A stretch of DNA of 64,000 nt from positions 4,973-68,972 of IMG/VR virus record IMGVR_UViG_2915212873_000001. One strand, written 5' to 3'. The position numbers were made by a program, and so were the translations under genes. The notes beneath the pieces are model-generated. The model saw nothing but the letters and a program-made list of their open reading frames with translations. It was not told the origin of the DNA and did no database searches. Below are positions 17,227 to 25,716 of this stretch, one piece after another (the first letter of the stretch is position 1; every line of letters starts with the position of its first letter). Origin of the DNA: a virus.

Positions 17227-17646
17227 GGGTGATTTTTCGATTGAGCGCGCCACATCCTCGATGATTCCTTTTGAATCTTCCGTCGCCATCCGAAACCAAT
17301 TCAGAAGTTGCGCCTCGCGCTGCGATATGACGTTGAGTTCCGCCAGCACGTCGGCATGCACATGATCACTATCTGAGCGCGGTGCCGACGGCAATTTGAA
17401 CCTGGTCGGAAGAGGTGGCTTTTGGTCGCCGTCGACCGGTGGCGCAATGCCATCGGACAAGAGATCGTCCAAGCTAACCTGCAATAGGTTCGCTACTGTG
17501 ACAGCGTTCGCCCTGGAGATCTTCCCAGTCTTAATCCATTTCGATACGGCGTTGTTAGACACGCCAGCTTTCTCAGCGAGCCAGCCTTGTGTCTTGCCCA
17601 TTTTTTCCAGTCGTTTCGACAGGATTTCACCAACATATGTACTCAT
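17176..17646 (-). CDS. cI: CI-like XRE-family repressor lacking an S24 autocleavage domain
   Basis: KTQGWLAEKAGVSNNAVSKWIKTG HTH; divergent from cro; start at ATG 17646. Confidence 0.88.
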   Translation of the reverse strand: MSTYVGEILSKRLEKMGKTQGWLAEKAGVSNNAVSKWIKTGKISRANAVTVANLLQVSLDDLLSDGIAPPVDGDQKPPLPTRFKLPSAPRSDSDHVHADVLAELNVISQREAQLLNWFRMATEDSKGIIEDVARSIEKSPLTSVVDNQTKGGLSGA

Positions 17647-17680
17647 AAGTTGAATCTTCAGTTTAAATTTCGCATCTTTC

Positions 17681-17722
17681 AACCAATCTCTGGTTGAATT
17701 CGAAATCAACCTGTGGTTTAAT
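17681..17722 (+). promoter_or_regulatory. PR promoter with OR operators
   Basis: TTGAAT-17-TTTAAT with extended TG; palindromes at 17681-17699 and 17704-17722 match the OL consensus. Confidence 0.75.
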
Positions 17723-17728
17723 TCGGTC

Positions 17729-17971
17729 ATGAAAACCGAATCCTCATCCCCGATCGAGCGGGCCGTCGAACTTACTGACGGTGTTGCCAACCTCGCTGCC
17801 GCTTGCAACGTGAGCGCACAGGCGGTCTACAAATGGCTGAAGAAGGGCCATCCGCCAGTCGAGCGCTGCGAAGCAATTGAGCGCGCTGTCGGTGGTCGGG
17901 TGACCAAGTTTGAGTTGCTGCAGCCAGCGTTCGATACCGCCACCACCGGAGAACCCCATGCCCATCCGTAA
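17729..17971 (+). CDS. cro: Cro-like (YdaS-type) regulator
   Basis: GVANLAAACNVSAQAVYKWLKKG...PVERCEAIE. Confidence 0.88.
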   Translation: MKTESSSPIERAVELTDGVANLAAACNVSAQAVYKWLKKGHPPVERCEAIERAVGGRVTKFELLQPAFDTATTGEPHAHP

Positions 17972-18038
17972 CCGCATCGACGCGCTGATTGCGCGCTTCG
18001 GGTATGTCCGCGCGCCGGCGATTGCGGGTGGCATCGCA

Positions 18039-18536
18039 TCAACTAGCGTACGGATCATGACCGCCGCCGTACCCAACAGCGCCAACCGGCCCTGGTTCGC
18101 GGACCTTGTCAGAAGGAATATCGCCATGCGTCGAGCACGTCAGATTGAAGCCATCATCTTTCGGCTGAAGGTAGGTTTTTATTCCTTTAGCCGCGCAGTT
18201 TGCGCAAATGTCTATCGGGGTCTGACCAGCATTCAATCCGGTCTTTTGGCGATACGTCAGGCCACCACGAGCGGTGCGATGCGGTTCGTAATTCTCCAGG
18301 TCCGCGTTCCGCCTTTCTTGCTCGCGCAGTTTTTCTTTGAGCTCGCGTTCGCTATCGGCCAGCGCAAATTGCTGCTCTTGAAGCGCCAAGCATTGATTCT
18401 GGACGTCGATCATTCGGTCGTTCATGTCGCCGATCACCTTATCGATTAAGCGGTCGTCTCGTTCTCGAAGCGCGGTTTTAACCAAGTCCGTAGCGGACTT
18501 AAGGCTTGAGAGTGCGGTCGAGAGAGTACCAATCAT
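18039..18536 (-). CDS. Antisense moron: coiled-coil protein with C-terminal Cys/His cluster
   Basis: CANC...C..H motif; opposite strand to the PR operon. Confidence 0.6.
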   Translation of the reverse strand: MIGTLSTALSSLKSATDLVKTALRERDDRLIDKVIGDMNDRMIDVQNQCLALQEQQFALADSERELKEKLREQERRNADLENYEPHRTARGGLTYRQKTGLNAGQTPIDICANCAAKGIKTYLQPKDDGFNLTCSTHGDIPSDKVREPGPVGAVGYGGGHDPYAS

Positions 18537-18675
18537 GGGGGATCCCTTTGCAAGTTGTTGTGTGAGAACTGCAACTGTATCGCATCTGGATCTCCCGCCC
18601 GAATTTTGAAGTTTGCAGCACCTGTATCACTTGCAGCACCTGAAATCCTGAACCACCCACTAAAAGGAACCCACC

Positions 18676-18951
18676 ATGAAAACGCAGCCCAAGAAATGCA
18701 ACACGCGTCACCTGGAAATCAAGACCAGCCTGAACGTCGACGAGTTCCAGTCGTTCAAATCCGTTTGCCAGGCCGCCGGCGTCGCAGTCGCGACTCGCAT
18801 CCGAGTGCTGATCAATCGCGATGCCGACATGGCGAATCGTAGCAGCGCTGACCGGCGGCGGGAACGGCCGAAATTCGGCCGAGTTCGCGTCGAACTGCCA
18901 GCAGCGCGCGGGCGCATGGGCGGCGCGCCGATGCCTCGCCCACGTCTTTGA
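18676..18951 (+). CDS. Hypothetical protein (CII position)
   Basis: AAGGA RBS; follows cro. Confidence 0.55.
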   Translation: MKTQPKKCNTRHLEIKTSLNVDEFQSFKSVCQAAGVAVATRIRVLINRDADMANRSSADRRRERPKFGRVRVELPAARGRMGGAPMPRPRL

Positions 18952-19008
18952 TCACCTAGCTGATCGCATGTCGCAGGTTCGAAATAACCGCAACGCAAAG
19001 GAGCCACC

Positions 19009-19800
19009 GTGATCCAGAATGAACTGACCATTCCACCAACCGTGAAAATCGCCGGCGTGAATATTCGCTTTGATGACGTCGGTCGATTTTCGCTGAACGA
19101 TTTGCATAAGGCGGCCGGCGGCGAAGTGCGTCACCAGCCAGCCCAATTTCTGCGGCTCGACTCCACCGGCGCGCTGGCAAAAGAAATGCTGTCGGAAAGC
19201 GATATGCAGAATCCCATATCGGTCGTCCGGGGCGGCGCTGGCCAAGGAACCTTCGTCTGCAAGGAACTGGTGTACGCATACGCCATGTGGATCAGTCCAA
19301 AATTCCACCTGCAGGTGATCCGCACTTTCGATGCCGTCACCACCAGCATTGTCGTGCCGATCGAGAAGCCGAAGAAACGGACCGCGCTGCCAAAGCCGCC
19401 AGTCCTGGAAGCTGCTGCGATGATTCCGCCAGTGTTCCGCGCACTGCGTGCGTGCGGCATTGACAAGAACGCTGCCGCCATCGGCGCCAACCAGATCGCC
19501 GCAGCACAAACCGGCGTGAACCTGCTGGCCATGGCCGGCCAGACGCATCTGCCAACCCCTACCCAGCAAATCTGCTACACGCCGACCGAGCTGGGCAAGC
19601 GCTTCTGCCAAAGCGCCATCGCATTCAACCGCCGCCTGACTGACGCCGGGCTGCAAGAGAGCATCAACGGACACTGGGTTCCAACGGAGAAGGGCCGGCG
19701 CCACGCCGTCGTGCTCGACACCGGCAAGGCCCATGGTAACGGAACGCCGATCCAGCAGGTGAAGTGGACTGATTCCGTTTTGGCAGAAATCGCATTGTGA
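19009..19800 (+). CDS. KilA-N domain antirepressor-like protein
   Basis: GRFSLNDLHKAAGG...GQGTFVCKELVYAYAMWISPKFHLQVIRTFD. Confidence 0.9.
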   Translation: MIQNELTIPPTVKIAGVNIRFDDVGRFSLNDLHKAAGGEVRHQPAQFLRLDSTGALAKEMLSESDMQNPISVVRGGAGQGTFVCKELVYAYAMWISPKFHLQVIRTFDAVTTSIVVPIEKPKKRTALPKPPVLEAAAMIPPVFRALRACGIDKNAAAIGANQIAAAQTGVNLLAMAGQTHLPTPTQQICYTPTELGKRFCQSAIAFNRRLTDAGLQESINGHWVPTEKGRRHAVVLDTGKAHGNGTPIQQVKWTDSVLAEIAL

Positions 19801-19853
19801 ATACGGGATGCCGCACCCCGTTGCGTGCGGCGCAGAAGAAGATGGAGAAACGC

Positions 19854-20102
19854 ATGCCTCAAGCATCGCAACAGAAGCCCGGCGCCAACGCGGCGCTGCT
19901 CGACCACCTGACCGACAAGCTGCAATTGAAGAATGATGCCGCCCTGGCGCGCGCGTTCGAAGTGGCGCCGCCGGTCATCAGCAAGATCCGTCACGACAAG
20001 CTGCCATTCGGCGACAGCATGATCCTGAAGGCGCACGAGAAGTTCAACTTCACCGTGCAGTCGATGCGCCAGATTCTGGCCGGCCAAGTGATGAACCCAT
20101 GA
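19854..20102 (+). CDS. Small HTH protein
   Basis: LKNDAALARAFEVAPPVISKIRH motif, familiar from Oxalobacteraceae genomes. Confidence 0.7.
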   Translation: MPQASQQKPGANAALLDHLTDKLQLKNDAALARAFEVAPPVISKIRHDKLPFGDSMILKAHEKFNFTVQSMRQILAGQVMNP

Positions 20103-20398
20103 CGCAGCACCAGCAGCAGGCCGGCGGCACCGACGAGCCACCAATGGATGTCGAGCCAGCGCACGTCATGAAGCGGGAGAAGCACCACCAGCGGGAGCAC
20201 CACGAACGCCTGGCGCAGGAAGCAGCAGAAGGGCGGAAATAAAAGGCCGCATTTTCTGGGCGGCCGTACCACTTTTCAGCCAGACAGTTTTCGACACTTG
20301 CATTTTAGACACTAACACGCCTAGAGACGAAGTTCATTACAGATAAGTAATCCGTGGCCGTGCTGCAACGCGGCACCGTAAATCAGCAAAGGAAATCC

Positions 20399-20608
20399 AT
20401 GTCCACATCGTTACAACAAGGACCGGCGCCAGACCAACCTGGCACGCCGGAGGGCACTGCCTTGCGCAAACTTGGCGTTTGGCGCGAGCGCGACCGTGCG
20501 CACGTTGCCGACAAGGCCGACCGCGAGGCCCAGCGCGCTGAGTACCGCGCGCGGCAGGAACTGCGCAGCGCCGCCGATGACCTGAACGGAAAGGCTGGCC
20601 AGCCGTGA
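20399..20608 (+). CDS. Hypothetical phage protein
   Basis: AAGGA RBS; coupled to the next gene. Confidence 0.55.
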   Translation: MSTSLQQGPAPDQPGTPEGTALRKLGVWRERDRAHVADKADREAQRAEYRARQELRSAADDLNGKAGQP

Positions 20609-20946
20609 CGAACACCTTCATGCCATCGAAAGGCAGCCGCTCACACGCGCTGCTGGTCGCGCTACTGGAAGGCCCGGCCACGTTCTATCAAGTCTGCGAG
20701 CGCGCCGGCTTCGACATCGAGGACGCCCGCCTGGAAGAGGCGCTGCGCCACATCTTTGACCACATGATCGGCGGTAACGTCCGCTTGACAGGCATCCGCT
20801 ACTCGCTGACCGCCGAGGCGCGCCGCGCCCTGGGAGAGCCGGCACCGGCGCCATACGTCGGCCAGATCGCCGGCCCGGCTTACCGCGGCAAACACGATCC
20901 TCGCACCGTCTACATCACGCGCCGCGCGACGGAGGTGCGGGCATGA
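20605..20946 (+). CDS. Hypothetical protein (possible winged helix)
   Basis: GTGA and ATGA overlaps with both neighbours. Confidence 0.6.
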   Translation: MTNTFMPSKGSRSHALLVALLEGPATFYQVCERAGFDIEDARLEEALRHIFDHMIGGNVRLTGIRYSLTAEARRALGEPAPAPYVGQIAGPAYRGKHDPRTVYITRRATEVRA

Positions 20947-22880
20947 AGCGCGACGCTCTGCCGGCGGAGATCACCTACGGCTCGGTGTGCAGCGGCATCG
21001 AGGCGGCCAGTGTGGCCTGGCATCCGCTGGGCTGGCGCGCCGCATGGGTCGCTGAAATCGAACCATTCCCAGCGCGCCTGCTGCATCACCACTATGGCAG
21101 TGGCCGGCCGCTGCACATGCCTGATCCGGATGAGCGCAACGACGACCTGATGACTGGCGACCGCGATGCGCGGCGCGCCGCGATCAAGGCGGTGAGCATG
21201 CTGCCGGCCGTCACAGACGGACCGCGGAACTTGGGTGACATGACCAAGATTGCCGCCATGGTGCGCGCCGGCCAGGTGGCTGCACCCGACGTGCTGGTCG
21301 GCGGCACGCCGTGCCAAGCCTTCTCCATCGCCGGTCTGCGCGAATCGCTAGATGACGCGCGCGGCCAGCTCACCCTCGCTTTTGTAAATATCGCCAATGA
21401 AATCGACACAGCTCGACATGTTCTCGGAGACGACGAGTGCGTCATCGTTTGGGAAAACGTTCCCGGAGTGCTCAGCACCAAGGACAACGCTTTCGGCTGC
21501 TTTTTGGGAGCGCTTGCCGGCGAGGATAGCCCGCTGCTCGCGCCAGGGGGCAAATGGCCGAACGCTGGTTGTGTCTTTGGACCCCAAAGGAATATTGCCT
21601 GGCGAGTCCTTGATGCCCAATATTTCGGAGTGGCCCAACGACGCCGTCGTGTGTTCGTTGTCGCAAGTGCTCGAGACGGGTTCGATCCCGCAGCGGTACT
21701 TTTTGAGCCCGATGGCGTGCGCCGGGATTCTCCGCCGAGCCGAGAAGCGCAGCAAGGCGCTACCGATAGCATTACGCCTGGCGCTGGAGCAGGTAGCCGG
21801 CATAAATCCCACTGGAACGGGTACGCGCACCCGCCATTAAGCCAAGCGTCGCAAAGTCGCAGTGGAAGCATAGGCGCCAGCAATCAAGAGATCTTTGAGC
21901 AGGGTGGGGCGGGACTGGTGCAAAGCTTCGGCAACGCTCAGTCGATTGATTTGATTGCGGGGGGGCAACTTGCGCGGTGCCTGACAACAAAGACGCGCAT
22001 CGATGCGGAGACGGAGACGCTGATTCCTACCATCGGGGGTGGCTTTGTTGACGCGACTGCCACGCTCGACGCCAGCTATGGGCGGCTGCAAGGTTGCTCC
22101 GGTCAAGACGCCAACCATGGTCACAGCCACCTCGTGCCAACGGTGGCGGCGCCGGTGCAGCGTTCGGTCGAGCGCCCCCGCGGTGATGGTCTGGACTCTT
22201 TGATCGCTTTCAGCGTTAAGGATTACGGCGGTGACGCGATGGTTGATTGCGCACCGACGCTGCGCGCTGGCAATCACGCCAGTAGCCACGCCAACGGTGG
22301 CCAGCCGCCGGCCATCGCATTCGATGCGCGGCAGGACTGCGTGAGTAGCATCGAGGTGTTCGGGGCGCTAGGATCATCTAGCCCGCAGGCGCAGGCGGTT
22401 TGCATCACCGGCGAAGTCACGCACACCCTGAAGGCTGAAGGTTTTGACGCCAGCGAGGATGGCACCGGCCGCGGCCAGCCGATTGTCGCTGCAACGTTAG
22501 ATGCCGCCGCAGGCCGCAGTCGCGGCGCCGGCACGCCGGTTGGCTTGCTTGCGCCATCCAGCATGGCCGTCCGCCGCCTCACTCCGCGCGAGTGCGAGCG
22601 CCTGCAATCGTTCCCTGATTTCCACACCCTGATCCCGCTGAGTAAGGTAAAGGCAAGTCGCGCTGAAACGCTTCTCGTGCGCGGCGAGCCGGTGGCTGAG
22701 ATCGATGGCCAGTGGTGGAAGCTGTCGGCCGACGGCCCGCGCTACAAGGCGCTGGGCAACTCCATGTGTGTGTTCAACATGCGCTGGATCGGCCGCCGCG
22801 TTCACTTCGCCCTAACTGGCGCCTGGCCGGCTTGCACCAACTTCACGCACGAGCGTGAGATGGGGCTGGTGGCCGCGTGA
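20943..22880 (+). CDS. DNA cytosine-C5 methyltransferase with long variable region
   Basis: SVCSGIEA (motif I), GGTPCQAFS (IV), WENVPG (VI), QRRRRVF (VIII), RRLTPRECERLQ, YKALGNS (X). Confidence 0.95.
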   Translation: MKRDALPAEITYGSVCSGIEAASVAWHPLGWRAAWVAEIEPFPARLLHHHYGSGRPLHMPDPDERNDDLMTGDRDARRAAIKAVSMLPAVTDGPRNLGDMTKIAAMVRAGQVAAPDVLVGGTPCQAFSIAGLRESLDDARGQLTLAFVNIANEIDTARHVLGDDECVIVWENVPGVLSTKDNAFGCFLGALAGEDSPLLAPGGKWPNAGCVFGPQRNIAWRVLDAQYFGVAQRRRRVFVVASARDGFDPAAVLFEPDGVRRDSPPSREAQQGATDSITPGAGAGSRHKSHWNGYAHPPLSQASQSRSGSIGASNQEIFEQGGAGLVQSFGNAQSIDLIAGGQLARCLTTKTRIDAETETLIPTIGGGFVDATATLDASYGRLQGCSGQDANHGHSHLVPTVAAPVQRSVERPRGDGLDSLIAFSVKDYGGDAMVDCAPTLRAGNHASSHANGGQPPAIAFDARQDCVSSIEVFGALGSSSPQAQAVCITGEVTHTLKAEGFDASEDGTGRGQPIVAATLDAAAGRSRGAGTPVGLLAPSSMAVRRLTPRECERLQSFPDFHTLIPLSKVKASRAETLLVRGEPVAEIDGQWWKLSADGPRYKALGNSMCVFNMRWIGRRVHFALTGAWPACTNFTHEREMGLVAA

Positions 22881-22882
22881 AA

Positions 22883-23191
22883 TTACAGAACTGGGTACAG
22901 CCGCAAGCTGCCGTCTCGCTCGATTTCGTTAAGCCTGAAGCGAAGTGCGGGCTGATCCGTGATTGGCCGGTCCGTGCGATGGAAATGCGAAAGTGCGGCC
23001 GCAGCATAGGCTTCGACATTAATCACGCCTTGATTCTGCAAGCCATCTGGCGGCGTGATGTTGTAGGCCACGTAACTTACATGGTCGTTCACGCTACTGG
23101 CTCGCCACTCAATTGTAACAGTCGCACTGTGGTGCAGCACACCAATTATCGCGAGAGACATCCCATGTCGCGTATCACAGTTGTATCGCAT
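22883..23191 (-). CDS. Possible antisense moron, hypothetical protein
   Basis: Lower-GC segment; competes with an in-register + strand ORF. Confidence 0.35.
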   Translation of the reverse strand: MRYNCDTRHGMSLAIIGVLHHSATVTIEWRASSVNDHVSYVAYNITPPDGLQNQGVINVEAYAAAALSHFHRTDRPITDQPALRFRLNEIERDGSLRLYPVL

Positions 23192-23227
23192 CTCGCCCCC
23201 TTAAATTATTAAAAAGAAAAGAATATC

Positions 23228-23647
23228 ATGATCTACGACCTATCCCGCGCGGAGCGCCAGCACCGCGCCATCCAGAAAGAAAAGCCCGGCCCGGTGCTGG
23301 AATCGAAGCAGTGCCCCTGCGGCAAAAACATCACCGCGCGCCAACTGGCGCAGTACGGCAAGTGCGAGCACTGCCGCCTGACGGCCGGCTTGGAAGAGGG
23401 TGACCTCGACAAGCTGCTCCACATGCTCGGCGCCGCCGGCAACTCGGCGGCCAAGCCCGGATTCCGCAACCACTACTTGTGCAACGTGCAGGATCGCGCC
23501 GCGATGGAGCGCCTGGTGGCCGCCGGCCTGGCGCTCGCCGGCGAGCAGCTGCTGCAAACCCAGTACTACCACGCCACTCGCGACGGTTGTCGCGCTGCTG
23601 GCCTTGATCGTTCGGGCATTGCTCGCGCGCTGGGAGCGGTGTTATGA
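23228..23647 (+). CDS. Hypothetical protein with CPCG and CEHC zinc knuckles
   Basis: ORF; GFRNHY motif. Confidence 0.65.
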   Translation: MIYDLSRAERQHRAIQKEKPGPVLESKQCPCGKNITARQLAQYGKCEHCRLTAGLEEGDLDKLLHMLGAAGNSAAKPGFRNHYLCNVQDRAAMERLVAAGLALAGEQLLQTQYYHATRDGCRAAGLDRSGIARALGAVL

Positions 23648-23883
23648 CGACCCAGGTGAAAAACGCATTAAAGCCGACCGATGATCAGATCGTGGCTGCG
23701 ATGCACACCGGCGGCCTGATGACCTACGTCGTCGCTAATCGGTTGCGTTGGACTTTCCCCGGGCTGGACACGGCGTTTGTTCTGCGCCGGCTAAAGGTGA
23801 TGGAGAAAGCTGGCCGCGTGCGCCGTGTGGCAAGTTCCTATGGCAGGCAGATCTGCTGGACTCTCGTAGAGGTGCAATCTTGA
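23644..23883 (+). CDS. Hypothetical phage protein
   Basis: Coupled to both neighbours. Confidence 0.6.
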   Translation: MTTQVKNALKPTDDQIVAAMHTGGLMTYVVANRLRWTFPGLDTAFVLRRLKVMEKAGRVRRVASSYGRQICWTLVEVQS

Positions 23884-24293
23884 TCCGCCTCGTATCTGAA
23901 CTGACCGGCACCGACCTGGCGCTATGGGTGGCGCGGGCGCAGAAGTTGAATGTGGTGCGTGACGGCGACCAAAGCAACGGGCTTTGGATCGTGTATTTCC
24001 CGAATGGCTTTTGCAGCTCATTTGGCGAGCACGGCTACCGGCCTGACCTGAACTGGGAGCATGGCGGCCCGCTGATCGAAAAATACGAAATCGGTTTCGG
24101 CATTCTGCAGGGCATTGCTCCTAAGGACGAGACAGACATCGTCCGGTGGCGCTGCTGCGGCTGGCATGCCCGCGTGTTGGCGGGAGCCGACGGTGGTCCG
24201 AGAAAGGAGGGAGCTACGCCCCTTATCGCCGCCATGCGCGCGCTGGTGGCCAGCGTCTACGGCAAAAACGTTCCGGATGAGGTGGCGCCTTGA
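23880..24293 (+). CDS. NinX/DUF2591-like phage protein
   Basis: ELTGTDLALWVARA...PDLNWEHGGPLIEK...TPLIAAMRALV. Confidence 0.75.
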   Translation: MIRLVSELTGTDLALWVARAQKLNVVRDGDQSNGLWIVYFPNGFCSSFGEHGYRPDLNWEHGGPLIEKYEIGFGILQGIAPKDETDIVRWRCCGWHARVLAGADGGPRKEGATPLIAAMRALVASVYGKNVPDEVAP

Positions 24294-24316
24294 GGAAAGC
24301 GAGCGCTTTCGCGGCC

Positions 24317-24961
24317 TTATGGTGCAGGGACGTGCTCAAGAAGCCTATCGCACGCCCTCTTGGCTTCGCGGATCATTTCGGCAGCACCGTGAACGATGTC
24401 GGCTTGGGATTGGTTGAACTCCGCCGCTTCCCAGTATTCAAAGTCGTCGTAATCCTGATTAAAAGGGCGGCTTTGCAGTTCATCAGCACACGACAAGAGC
24501 CATTCCCTGGCAACTGCAAGCGCCGGGGCTGGTTGGCCTTTCGCGTGGATAAGCGGGGTCAAGTCTGCGATTTGCCACGTAATCGAGGATCTAATCCGGT
24601 GGGCCCAGGTGACGTATGGCTGTGGCTTTCCATCGTCTTCGATGGGTCGACCCAATTCTTCGGCAATCGCAACCAGGGCATGCAGGGTATCCAGAAGTCG
24701 AATTTGAATGCCAGCTGCGGCCAACACGGCACTATCGTGAGCAATTTGCTTTTCCCTTCGAGTTGCAGCGGTTGCAAGCCAAATTGTTCCGATCAAAGTC
24801 CCTACCGTGCCAATCGCACCTACCCATGTTGCCCAGTCACCGGCTCCATGCGCGGGCGTGGTGTTAGCTGGGAAACTGCCCGCGAGTATGTGGTGCAAGG
24901 AGTAGAGCATCACACCGCCGAAGACGGCGAATACGAGCCATTCGAGAAATCTGGTGTTCAT
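24317..24961 (-). CDS. Antisense moron membrane protein (two N-terminal TM segments)
   Basis: WLVFAVFGGVMLYSL and WATWVGAIGTVGTLIGTIWL. Confidence 0.7.
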   Translation of the reverse strand: MNTRFLEWLVFAVFGGVMLYSLHHILAGSFPANTTPAHGAGDWATWVGAIGTVGTLIGTIWLATAATRREKQIAHDSAVLAAAGIQIRLLDTLHALVAIAEELGRPIEDDGKPQPYVTWAHRIRSSITWQIADLTPLIHAKGQPAPALAVAREWLLSCADELQSRPFNQDYDDFEYWEAAEFNQSQADIVHGAAEMIREAKRACDRLLEHVPAP

Positions 24962-24990
24962 GCAGACCCTTGTAAAAATGGAATCTTAGC

Positions 24991-25683
24991 ATGATGCGCC
25001 GCACACCCCTCAAGCAGGGCAGCACGCCGATGAAGCGCGGCGGCTTCGCTCGGTCGGAGCGCATCGAGGACCGGGAGGTCACGAAGATCAAGACCAAGGC
25101 CGTGCGCGAGAAAAAGCACAAGTGCGCTGTCCGCACGTGCCACGCGGAGTTCGTCCGGCCGGCGCCGTTCGTCATCTGGTGCTCGCCGGAGTGCGGCACG
25201 GTGCTGGCCATGGCGAAGCTGGAGAAGCAGAAGCAGGCAGCAGCGTCCGCCGAGCGCAAGGACCGTGAACAGAAGCTGGCCAAGTTCAAGCGCAAGGCTG
25301 ACCACGTCGCGGACTGCCAGAAGGCCTTCAATGCCTGGGTGCGTTTCCGCGACCGCGATCTGCCGTGTATCTGCTGCGGCCGGAAAACGGATGCCGTGTC
25401 ACGCGGCGGCACATGGGATGCCGGCCACTACCGCAGCCGTGGTAGCGCGCCGCACCTGCGGTTTGAGCCTGACAACTGCCACGCCCAACTCAAGAAGTGC
25501 AACCGCTACGACTCCGGCCGCGCTATCGATTACCGGGTCGGCCTCATTGCGCGCATCGGGCTGGCCAGGGTCGAAGCGCTGGAGGCGGACAACGAACCGC
25601 GCCACTACACGGTCGACCAACTGATCGCCATGACCGCGCATTACAAACAAAAACTGAAAGAACTGAAATCGGCCGCAGCTTGA
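24991..25683 (+). CDS. ninG: NinG/Rap recombination endonuclease
   Basis: WCSPECG, QKAFNAWVRFRD..PCICCG, DAGHYRSRG, FEPDNCHAQ. Confidence 0.92.
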   Translation: MMRRTPLKQGSTPMKRGGFARSERIEDREVTKIKTKAVREKKHKCAVRTCHAEFVRPAPFVIWCSPECGTVLAMAKLEKQKQAAASAERKDREQKLAKFKRKADHVADCQKAFNAWVRFRDRDLPCICCGRKTDAVSRGGTWDAGHYRSRGSAPHLRFEPDNCHAQLKKCNRYDSGRAIDYRVGLIARIGLARVEALEADNEPRHYTVDQLIAMTAHYKQKLKELKSAAA

Positions 25684-25716
25684 CGGCCGGTCCAGAACAA
25701 CTGAAACGGAGAATCA

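Noticed and set aside
24290-24994. + strand ORF overlapping both neighbours (TTGA and ATGA) across an antisense moron; similar case at 22877-23212. Considered as an anti-polarity bridge
   Set aside because: Both are exactly in register with the minus-strand gene, where open antisense frames are expected in GC-rich DNA. NTGA overlaps also arise easily by chance, and the products look like nothing known.
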